In this document: positions 1 to 7,856 of the stretch, one piece after another
How positions within the stretch are numbered: position 1 is the first letter of the stretch
How the letters are laid out: the number at the start of each line of letters is the position of its first letter
Virus record (IMG/VR): IMGVR_UViG_3300035183_001031
DNA: 20,000 nt
Direction: 5' to 3' (one strand)
Origin: an uncultured virus (IMG/VR IMGVR_UViG_3300035183_001031)
Lineage: Duplodnaviria > Heunggongvirae > Uroviricota > Caudoviricetes
The notes under the pieces: model-generated
Databases searched by the model: none
What the model saw: only the letters and a program-made list of their open reading frames with translations
Told to the model about the DNA's origin: nothing
Position numbers and translations under genes: made by a program

Positions 1-2
1 AG

Positions 3-920
3 GCCATAAAGGCAAGGCTCGGCGAGCCCAAAAAGACGGTTCCAAGGAAGAACGAGTACGGGTTTCTCTGCCCGAATCCGAAGTGTACAAGCGCAAAGCA
101 AGGTAAGGTCCGTCTCTGGGTGAATCCAGAGAAGGATACCTTTAACTGTTGGCACTGCGGCTTTAGCGGCAAGTCCTTGGCGGCCATCATGGTCCAGGGA
201 TCGAAGGAGCATAGGGAGTACCTGGAGTCTAAGCCGACCACAGAGAAGAGCATCTTTGCCAGACCCGTTGGGGTGCAGAAGCCACGGTGCGTCAGCCTTC
301 CTGTCGGATTCACGCCGATTCGTCTGAGCGGTGAGGCCAGAGAGGCCCCGTACGTCTCCTACCTGAGGCGGAGGGGTGTATCCGATGATACGACGGTGCT
401 CTATCGGATGGGCTATGTGGACTTCGGTCCCCTCTCCGGCCGTGTGGTGATTCCATCATTTGATGCGCTGGGTGCTCTTAACTTCTGGTCAGCACGGAGC
501 ATCTATCCGTGTGAGAAGACGTTCAGCTATCGGCTTCCAGATGCATCAAAAGATGTGGTGTCGAACGAGCACCTGGTCAATTGGACGGAACCGGTCTATC
601 TGGTCGAAGGGATATTTGATGAGGTGGCTATCGGTCCTCAAGCGATTAGTCTTTATGGAAAATTTTTGCAGCCTTTGCTTGCCAAGCGACTTGTGGAGCG
701 TCGCCCTCCCATTGTCTACGTCTGCCTCGATTCTGATGCTAGAAAAGAGGCACTCGAGCTGATGGAACAGCTGGTCGGATATGACATCACGTGTGCCTTG
801 GTTGACCTGCCAGGTAAGGATCCGGCAGAGTTGGGTTCTGCTGTCGTTCAGAAGGCTGCCAAGGAGTCTCGAATGGTCACCGGCTCGGTCGGACTACTCG
901 CTGTGGAGGGTCGACTGTGA
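3..920 (+). CDS. DNA primase (Zn-binding domain + TOPRIM), 5' end outside the window
   Basis: The frame of ORF 120..920 is open back to position 3 (AIKARLGEPKKTVPRKNEYGFLCPNPKCTSAKQGKVRLWVNPEKDTFNCWHC), completing a CPxxxC...CxxC zinc motif. It also has YLRRRGV, GRVVIPS, TOPRIM YLVEGIFD, DxD motif CLDSDA and GKDPAE. Confidence 0.85.
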   Translation, partial: AIKARLGEPKKTVPRKNEYGFLCPNPKCTSAKQGKVRLWVNPEKDTFNCWHCGFSGKSLAAIMVQGSKEHREYLESKPTTEKSIFARPVGVQKPRCVSLPVGFTPIRLSGEAREAPYVSYLRRRGVSDDTTVLYRMGYVDFGPLSGRVVIPSFDALGALNFWSARSIYPCEKTFSYRLPDASKDVVSNEHLVNWTEPVYLVEGIFDEVAIGPQAISLYGKFLQPLLAKRLVERRPPIVYVCLDSDARKEALELMEQLVGYDITCALVDLPGKDPAELGSAVVQKAAKESRMVTGSVGLLAVEGRL

Positions 921-3900
921 GGATCGCTCACATCTCCGACCTGCATATTCGAAACTTTAAGTATCGACGTGAGTACCGTGAGGCATTCCTCGACCTGTAC
1001 GACCAGCTACAGAAGTTAAAGCCAGATCTGGTCATCAATACAGGTGACACCGTTCACAGCAAGCTGGCGGTGTCTCCAGAGCTGTTCGATGACGTGGCCA
1101 ACCATTTTCTAGCTGTGACGGAGATTGCTCCGTACTGGTTGATCCTCGGAAACCATGACCTTAACCTGAAGAACATCGGTCGGACTGATGCCATCTCACC
1201 GATTGTGAGAGCCTTACAGGGGAGAACGAGGCATGAGCTCAGGATGGCAAAGAGTCATCCTGAGCGGATGCTTGATGGCAGGTTTCCGAACTTCGCCTTC
1301 TATCCGTATGACATCCGCCAGCCGGTCTGTGAAATCATCCCGCTTGAGGGCGATATCAACATCGGCCTATATCACGGATCGATCGCGGGGTGTGTCACCG
1401 ATCAGGGCTTCGTGATGGAGGAGGCCGAGTCTGAGGTCGACCAGTTCGGGCGGATGGATTTTGTCATGATGGGTGACATCCACAAGAGGCAGTCCTTCCG
1501 AGATGGAAGGATGCAATATCCGGGTTCGCTCATCCAACAGAACTACGGAGAGGAGCTTGTTAAGGGCTTCCTTATCTGGGATATCCAAGATCGGGACAGG
1601 TTTAACGTTGAGTTCTGCCCAGTGAGGGCACCGGGTCGGTTTTACACGATCCAGGTGCCCGCCAGCCTCGACCTATCAGGCATCGATGTCCCCAAGGGTT
1701 CACGCATCAGAGCAATGGTCCAGGGCGAACTCTCTCCCTCGAAGAGACTGCAGTTGGAGGAGGCCCTGAACAAGAAGTTCGAGCCGATCGAGGTTATCAC
1801 ACCGGACTTCTTCGGTGAGAAGGTCTCGATGGCGGCTTCTGATAACATCGATAGCCTGGTCGGATCTCGTGAACAGATGATGCGGGATCACCTGAAGGAG
1901 AAGGGGATCGATGGGACCGAGGCCGATGAGGTCATCAAGCTCTTTAATCATTTCGAGAAGGACTTGGAGCTCGATGGATCTGCCCGCGGAACGACCTGGA
2001 AGCTATTACGGGTGGCCTGGGATAACATGATGAACTATGGTGAAGGGAATGTCCTAGATTTCACGAAGTTGAGGGGCCTTGTCGGAGTGTTCGCCCCGAA
2101 TGCCTCAGGGAAGTCCTCCATCTTTGACATTGTCCTGCAGTCTCTTTTCGATAAGGTTACCAAGGATGTTCCACGAAACATTGATCTGATAAACGATAAC
2201 AAGGACTTTGGGAAGATGGTCGTGGAGTTTGAGGCGAATGGGAAGTCCTACTGCATCGAGCGTTCGATCGAACGTATTCACTACGGTCAGCGAAAGCTTG
2301 CAGAGACGAAGCAATGGGGTAAGACCAACCTCGATTTCTCAAGCGCCAATGATTCATTGAACGGAACCAGTAGGCCAGAGACCGAGCGTGCGATCAGGGC
2401 GATCGTTGGGAACTTTGACGATTTTGCTTTGACCACAATGGTGTCACAGAACCCAATTTTTGGGCTCCCTGGAGGCGGTGACATCATCAACTGTCGGGAG
2501 ACGGACCGGAGGAAGATCCTCTTCAGGTTCCTTGATCTCGATGTGTATGAGAAGGTCAATCAGGCGTGTAAGGATGAGCTGAAGACGATCGTTGGAAATC
2601 TCAAGGGACAGGATCGAGAGGCCCTTACGAGGCAGTTGGAGGAACTCGAGTCCGAGCTTCTGCATAAGCAGACTATGCTTGCGGCTGAGCGCGCTGATCT
2701 TGATAAAAACGAGGCGGCTCTCGCGATGAAGAGGCAGGAGCTGGCACGACTGGAGGCTGACGATAGGGCTCAAGATGCCTGTGATATCGCTAAGCTCGAC
2801 GACGCATCGGCGATGGCCTCTGTCAAGCTGAGAAAGGCCATCGTTGCCCATGAGAAACTCGAGAAAGCTCGAGTTGAGGCAGAAGAGATATACTCAAATC
2901 TGCTCAAAAACAAGCCCGAGAGGCCCTCGATCACGCTAGAAGAGCTGACTGAGAGGATGGAGAGGGTGCGGACCGAACGTGAGTCCGCCAAGGTTAATCT
3001 AGCAAAACAGAAAGATGCCCTAGCGAGAGGTAAGAAGGCTCTCGTTATTCTTGACGAGGTTCCCTGCGGGGGAAAATTTCCGACTTGTAAGTTCATCAAG
3101 GATGCAAGCGAGTTTTTGACACAGAGAGAGATCGTTGAGGCGGCGATGAGGTTGTATGAGACCGTTGTCAACGTCTCAAATTCTGAGATTTCAGCCCTTG
3201 AGGGTTTCGAGGTGATGCATGTTGAGGTCTCTCGTTGGGAACGTCAGGTCGTTGAGGCGAAGGCCAAGCTCGAGCGTCTGAGCATGGAGGCAAAAGCTGC
3301 ATGGGACGTCCGTTTAGCGGCCCTTGAAATGAGCCAGGAGGCCGATCGAGCCCTTGACGAGGCCTTGAAGAAGCTCGATCCGACGATTGGACAACAGATC
3401 AAGGACATGGAGGACAGCATTGAGCGCCTTGAAGATGCCGTCAATGACTGTGAGAAGAAGATCGAGCTGTGCCTGAGGCAGATCGGAGCCGCTGAGGCGA
3501 AGAAGACTGCGGTGGAGGCCGAGATCGCTAAGCTTGAAGAGATGAAGCGGAGGGTACGGGCCCATGAGCGTCTTGTCGAGCTTACTGGGAAGAACGGATT
3601 GCCATATCGGATCCTCACGCTTGTCCTTCCGATCATCAACGATGAGATCTCAAAGATCTTAACTGGGATCGTGAAGTTCAATGTCTTCTTCGAGGATGAT
3701 CCAGAAGAGCAGACCGTCAGCCTCTTCATCCGCTATGGGGATTATAAGAGTCGTCCACTTTCGCTAGGGTCTGGAGCTGAGAAGTTCATCGCCTCTTTGG
3801 CAATTCGGGTGGCCCTTCTCAGCGTCTCTTCACTTCCTAAGACGGATATTCTGATTATCGACGAGGGCTTCGGAAAGCTCGACCCGGAACACCTCGAGGC

Positions 3901-4042
3901 TCTACAGAAGATGTTTGAATACCTAAGAGAGGCGTTCGGAACGGTTTTCATCGTCTCACACGTTGATTCGATGAGAGACGTCGTCGACCATAGCCTTGAT
4001 ATCACAAGTCAGGACGGATATGCACACGTGGAGGCGATCTGA
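917..4042 (+). CDS. Fused SbcD/Mre11 nuclease - SbcC/Rad50 ATPase (T4 gp47-gp46-like), 1041 aa
   Basis: N-terminal metallophosphoesterase motifs HISDLH, TGDTVH, GNHD, YHG, GDIH. Then Walker A FAPNASGKSS, a long coiled coil with central CGGKFPTC, signature-like LGSGAEK, Walker B/D-loop ILIIDEGFGKLD and H-loop IVSH. GTG start overlaps the primase stop (GTGA); GGAGGG upstream. Confidence 0.9.
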   Translation: MRIAHISDLHIRNFKYRREYREAFLDLYDQLQKLKPDLVINTGDTVHSKLAVSPELFDDVANHFLAVTEIAPYWLILGNHDLNLKNIGRTDAISPIVRALQGRTRHELRMAKSHPERMLDGRFPNFAFYPYDIRQPVCEIIPLEGDINIGLYHGSIAGCVTDQGFVMEEAESEVDQFGRMDFVMMGDIHKRQSFRDGRMQYPGSLIQQNYGEELVKGFLIWDIQDRDRFNVEFCPVRAPGRFYTIQVPASLDLSGIDVPKGSRIRAMVQGELSPSKRLQLEEALNKKFEPIEVITPDFFGEKVSMAASDNIDSLVGSREQMMRDHLKEKGIDGTEADEVIKLFNHFEKDLELDGSARGTTWKLLRVAWDNMMNYGEGNVLDFTKLRGLVGVFAPNASGKSSIFDIVLQSLFDKVTKDVPRNIDLINDNKDFGKMVVEFEANGKSYCIERSIERIHYGQRKLAETKQWGKTNLDFSSANDSLNGTSRPETERAIRAIVGNFDDFALTTMVSQNPIFGLPGGGDIINCRETDRRKILFRFLDLDVYEKVNQACKDELKTIVGNLKGQDREALTRQLEELESELLHKQTMLAAERADLDKNEAALAMKRQELARLEADDRAQDACDIAKLDDASAMASVKLRKAIVAHEKLEKARVEAEEIYSNLLKNKPERPSITLEELTERMERVRTERESAKVNLAKQKDALARGKKALVILDEVPCGGKFPTCKFIKDASEFLTQREIVEAAMRLYETVVNVSNSEISALEGFEVMHVEVSRWERQVVEAKAKLERLSMEAKAAWDVRLAALEMSQEADRALDEALKKLDPTIGQQIKDMEDSIERLEDAVNDCEKKIELCLRQIGAAEAKKTAVEAEIAKLEEMKRRVRAHERLVELTGKNGLPYRILTLVLPIINDEISKILTGIVKFNVFFEDDPEEQTVSLFIRYGDYKSRPLSLGSGAEKFIASLAIRVALLSVSSLPKTDILIIDEGFGKLDPEHLEALQKMFEYLREAFGTVFIVSHVDSMRDVVDHSLDITSQDGYAHVEAI

Positions 4043-4306
4043 ATGTACATGAAGGACTCTGACGGTAAGAAGAGCTTCACCGTCACCATCTCTGTGATCA
4101 CCTTCGTGGTTGTGATGCTGAAGGTCCTATTTGGCGGCATCTCGTTCACCGTGGGTGACACATCAATCTCATTCGGCAATATTGGCTCAGATGAGATCGC
4201 AGCGTTATTGGCGCCGACCCTCATGGCGTACTCATTCCGCAGGTATACGGACACGAGGTACGCGGGTGTGAACACTGCTGATGCAGATCCGGGGTTGCCA
4301 GAATGA
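4043..4306 (+). CDS. Small membrane protein, holin candidate (87 aa)
   Basis: Hydrophobic segments FTVTISVITFVVVMLKVLFGGISF and IAALLAPTLMAYSF, charged C-terminus, GGAGG at 4030-4034. Holin function is inference only. Confidence 0.55.
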   Translation: MYMKDSDGKKSFTVTISVITFVVVMLKVLFGGISFTVGDTSISFGNIGSDEIAALLAPTLMAYSFRRYTDTRYAGVNTADADPGLPE

Positions 4307-5085
4307 AGTTGCTGAAGTACGTTGGATTGGTAATCATCTTCCTGATAGTCATTGCGATCGGCTTCAGGGCAGGCGACTGGTGGAGGGGACGTCAGGCGAA
4401 CGATGAGATCGCGGCCCTCAAGACAGAACTATCGAAGCACCTCGAGACAATCGAGGTCCAGAAGAGCGTTTACGTCGCCCAAACCATCAAGTATGCGACC
4501 TTGCAGGGTCTACTCGATGCCTCTCGGGCGGAGGTCAAGGCGCTGAAGAAGTATCTGGATGACGCAAGGGCGAAGCTTCTGGCTGCAGAGGAGATTTCCT
4601 TAAAGTGGAAGAAGGCCTACGAGGCCGTGCTTGCTGCCAACCAGGAAGAGAAGCCGTCTGAGGACCCGAACGGGGTTCCACGTAAGATGGTTACATTCGA
4701 GGGTGACCTTGGGCCGATTCGGGCCTCCGGGTATACCTTAACCGATCCACCCGAGGCATTCTTGAAGTTGGAGCAGATTGCCCCGTTGGTCATGACTGTC
4801 GCCGTGGCCCAGAATAGGGATGAGACGTGGTCGACCTTCGTAACGTCCTCAGACCCCAATGTCGATGTCAAGGTCAATCTCGCTGGGGTGAACCCGCTCT
4901 TGCTCAAACCTAAGTGGTATCAGAGGCTCTGGTTTGAGATCGGAGCCTCGGTCATCGGTGATCCATCTGGAGTTGCATCCGTCTCCTACCTGGGTGAGAG
5001 GTGGTCGCTCGGAACATACTGCTACACAGCTGCTGCGGGAATTAGTGGCTGTGGAGGAGCCCTGGGCATCAGGTTGTTTAAGTGA
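4303..5085 (+). CDS. Membrane-anchored coiled-coil protein with C-terminal beta-strand-like segments (spanin-like candidate), 260 aa
   Basis: N-terminal MKLLKYVGLVIIFLIVIAIGF signal/anchor, heptad-like region (IAALKTELSKHLE...VKALKKYLDDARAKL), C-terminal alternating hydrophobic segments ending GALGIRLFK. ATGA overlap with the previous gene. Confidence 0.6.
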   Translation: MKLLKYVGLVIIFLIVIAIGFRAGDWWRGRQANDEIAALKTELSKHLETIEVQKSVYVAQTIKYATLQGLLDASRAEVKALKKYLDDARAKLLAAEEISLKWKKAYEAVLAANQEEKPSEDPNGVPRKMVTFEGDLGPIRASGYTLTDPPEAFLKLEQIAPLVMTVAVAQNRDETWSTFVTSSDPNVDVKVNLAGVNPLLLKPKWYQRLWFEIGASVIGDPSGVASVSYLGERWSLGTYCYTAAAGISGCGGALGIRLFK

Positions 5086-5393
5086 AGCGAACGAGCAAGA
5101 GGATCGTCTCTCCCGTCTCTCTTCGGGAGGTCTATCACCTCCAGGGAGAGTTTTCCGCGAAGATGATCATCGATCCAGCTGTCTCACCGACCATCGAGAA
5201 GGTAGATGTCGAAATCCGAAACTCCGATGGGAAGATGATGGAGTTCACTGCACGACGGTGGGGGACCAAGCTCACCGTCTCATTCAAGATCGATCAATCG
5301 ACCCCGGACGGGGTTGCAGTTATCGACGTCTTACTCAGGCGGAAGGACGGGCCTCCAGTGAAGGAGCGCCTCGACTTCTGGATTGTGAAATGA
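5082..5393 (+). CDS. Hypothetical protein (103 aa, beta-rich)
   Basis: GTGA overlap with the previous stop; protein-like composition with alternating hydrophobic residues (VDVEIR, LTVSFKI, AVIDVLL). Confidence 0.65.
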   Translation: MKRTSKRIVSPVSLREVYHLQGEFSAKMIIDPAVSPTIEKVDVEIRNSDGKMMEFTARRWGTKLTVSFKIDQSTPDGVAVIDVLLRRKDGPPVKERLDFWIVK

Positions 5394-5461
5394 CGGTAGA
5401 CGGACGATGAGATTACTCTCGGTAAAAAGTCAGGACGGCTAGTCAATCGAAATCGGAGGGC

Positions 5462-5704
5462 ATGATGGCCTGGATCGATCGTGCTAAGGACCGTGAGTTG
5501 TCAGGTAGGACGCCGACATGGTGTCCCATCTGCAACCTTGTGATGAAGGGCGGTTCTGCAGGAGATGATAAAACCTATTTCAAATTCGGCTGTTGCAGGT
5601 ACTGTTACGTTGAATTCGTCGAGCATCGTGAGGAGAAGTGGCTCTCGGGATGGCGTCCGTCTCCAGAACAAGTTGCCAGAATGATTGAGAAGATGCGTGG
5701 CTGA
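5462..5704 (+). CDS. Small putative zinc-binding protein (80 aa)
   Basis: CPIC...CCRYC cysteine pattern; GGAGGG at 5455-5460 (second ATG at 5465 is better spaced). Confidence 0.7.
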   Translation: MMAWIDRAKDRELSGRTPTWCPICNLVMKGGSAGDDKTYFKFGCCRYCYVEFVEHREEKWLSGWRPSPEQVARMIEKMRG

Positions 5705-5722
5705 GGCTTCGGACGTCGTGGG

Positions 5723-5731
5723 CCTTACTTA
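5723..5731 (+). promoter_or_regulatory. Candidate phage late promoter motif CCTTACTTA
   Basis: Intergenic, 23 nt upstream of the ATG at 5755 that begins the run leading into terminase and portal. Identical 9-mer at 17950-17958; related TAGTTA at 9698-9703. Confidence 0.4.
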
Positions 5732-5754
5732 TTCCGAACCTAGGGAGAGGGCCC

Positions 5755-6177
5755 ATGCCGAAGCCAAAAGATCCACAGAGCTATGAAGTTGCTGGCACCG
5801 CCTACCGTCAGCACGATGATCCGATTGCCCTACTCGGGCAGGCGCTCGCGGACTATAACACTCCGAATCCTGCTAGGAACTATACTTGGCGGATTAACGG
5901 GAACCTGATCACGTTGTACTGCCATTGCCACGAGCGCGGTCTGGGTGACCCGGGCCGTCGTGCTGCACAGGTAGATGCCATGTCAAAGGCGATGGACGCC
6001 TTCGTCAAAGGTCTGAAGAGACGGTACCGCGAGATCGGTGGCGGGACCCTCTCCATGGAGGAGCAGAAGTCTGCCCGGGGGTACGACCTTCGAAAGATCT
6101 CAATGAACGATCGTTGGGAGATCATCTACCGTCGTACCTATTGGGTGGAGGGTCTGGTCCGTAACCCGGAGGACTGA
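5755..6177 (+). CDS. Hypothetical protein (140 aa) immediately upstream of terminase
   Basis: GGGAGAGG upstream; stop lies 2 nt before the terminase ATG; no recognised motif. Confidence 0.7.
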   Translation: MPKPKDPQSYEVAGTAYRQHDDPIALLGQALADYNTPNPARNYTWRINGNLITLYCHCHERGLGDPGRRAAQVDAMSKAMDAFVKGLKRRYREIGGGTLSMEEQKSARGYDLRKISMNDRWEIIYRRTYWVEGLVRNPED

Positions 6178-6179
6178 GG

Positions 6180-7853
6180 ATGAAGAAGTCCTCTGTCAGA
6201 GAGGAGATCCTTCGTTGCGCACGGGAACCTGACTACTTCATCAACAAGTACGTCAAGATTCGCCACCCGACTCGAGGTCTGGTTCCATTTAAGACCTTTG
6301 AGTATCAGAAGAGCGCCCTCGACTCCTTCCACAAGAAGAGGTTCAACGTGATTTTGAAGTCCCGCCAGATGGGCTTCACAGAGATTACGTCTGCCTTCAT
6401 CACGTGGTTAATCCTCTTCCATCCGAACGCATCCGTTCTCTGCCTTGCGACCAAAGCTGAGACGGCCAAGAACGTTATTAGAAGGGTCAGAACCGCCCTA
6501 AAGAACGTCCCAAAGTGGCTGCTGATCTCAGATGTCACGACCGACAACAAGACCTCGATCGAGCTCTCGAACGGATCTTGGGTCAAGTCGGTCGCCAAGT
6601 CAGCCGATGCCGGTCGCTCTGAGGCTCTTACGTTGTTGGTCATCGACGAGGCCGCTCACATCGAGGGATTCGATGAGATCTGGGCCGGTCTCAAGCCGAC
6701 TGTCTCGGCTGGCGGTCGTATCATCATGATGTCTACCCCTTTCGGCGTCGGAAACGTCTTTAATCGTATCTACGAGGATGCGGTTAAGGGGGTCAATGAC
6801 TTCAACCCGATCAAGGTTGAGTGGTGGAAGCATCCCGAACACATCTCGGATTTGACGATTGATCCTAAGACCGGGAAATACACCTCCTCCTGGTTTCGAA
6901 AGGAGACCAAGGGACTTAGTGCTCGAGAGATCGCGCAGGAGTACGAGTGTGAATTCCTTTCCTCCGGTGACACGTTTTTCACCGCTGAGCTCATTACTCT
7001 TGTTCGCGACGGGCTTCTGCCCAATTCTGGCTTTGAGAAGGGCTGGCAGGTGTATAAGGATCCAGTCAGAGGATCGCAGTATGTCATGGGCATCGACTCA
7101 GCGACCGGTAAGGGTGATGATAACTCAGCTGTGGTGATCTTCGAGGTCCAGACGATGGAGCAGGTCGCTGAGTTCAGCCAGAAGATCCTTCCGAATGAGT
7201 TTGCGGCTGAGATCTGCAAGTACGGGACGTTATTCAATAACGCTCTGATGGTGATTGAGAACAACGCTGTCGGTCTGGCGGTGATTGAGCACGTTAAGCT
7301 GGCAAACTATCCGAACTTCTTCTATTCCAAGAAGGGCGCGAAGGCCGGCGATAGGCTCGGTGATCCCGGCCATGCTGCCGAGGGATCGATGCCCTCTCAG
7401 TACGTTCATGGTGTCATGACCCTTGGTCCGAACCGTCCGTTTATGCTCTCGAAGTTGGATGAGCTCATCCGTCTTGGCGCTGTGAAGATGCACTCGGCGA
7501 GGTTCCTCGATGAGATGCAGACATTCATTTGGAACAATGGGCGTCCTGAGGCCCGTGCTGGAAAACACGATGATCTCATCATTGCCGCCGCATTGGCGGT
7601 ATTCGTTCGTGATAACCTCTGGGGCGGAGTCTATAACACTCTGGACCTTACTGCTGCGATGATCAAGTCGATGCATGTGGTCCGCCCTGTCAACACACAG
7701 ATCCATGGTGCATCAAAGAACCCGGATCATGTCCCGGTTCGGGCGCTAGGAGTCTTTAACACCCCTGCGCGACCCTACGTTATGCAGATGCCGAACGGTC
7801 GGTACATCGACCTGATGGCGGAGATGGGAATGTTCGTCCCCAGAAAGGGATAA
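6180..7853 (+). CDS. terL: Terminase large subunit (T4 gp17-like), 557 aa
   Basis: Adenine-binding YQ, Walker A KSRQMGFT, Walker B LLVIDEAAHI, motif III MSTP, QEYECEF, RNase H-like nuclease GIDSATGKGDDNS, IENN and HDDLIIAAALA. Confidence 0.95.
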   Translation: MKKSSVREEILRCAREPDYFINKYVKIRHPTRGLVPFKTFEYQKSALDSFHKKRFNVILKSRQMGFTEITSAFITWLILFHPNASVLCLATKAETAKNVIRRVRTALKNVPKWLLISDVTTDNKTSIELSNGSWVKSVAKSADAGRSEALTLLVIDEAAHIEGFDEIWAGLKPTVSAGGRIIMMSTPFGVGNVFNRIYEDAVKGVNDFNPIKVEWWKHPEHISDLTIDPKTGKYTSSWFRKETKGLSAREIAQEYECEFLSSGDTFFTAELITLVRDGLLPNSGFEKGWQVYKDPVRGSQYVMGIDSATGKGDDNSAVVIFEVQTMEQVAEFSQKILPNEFAAEICKYGTLFNNALMVIENNAVGLAVIEHVKLANYPNFFYSKKGAKAGDRLGDPGHAAEGSMPSQYVHGVMTLGPNRPFMLSKLDELIRLGAVKMHSARFLDEMQTFIWNNGRPEARAGKHDDLIIAAALAVFVRDNLWGGVYNTLDLTAAMIKSMHVVRPVNTQIHGASKNPDHVPVRALGVFNTPARPYVMQMPNGRYIDLMAEMGMFVPRKG

Positions 7854-7856
7854 TCG

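Noticed and set aside
4934..5410. 158-aa overlapping ORF as a nested o-spanin
   Set aside because: No signal peptide or lipobox; overlaps two better genes.
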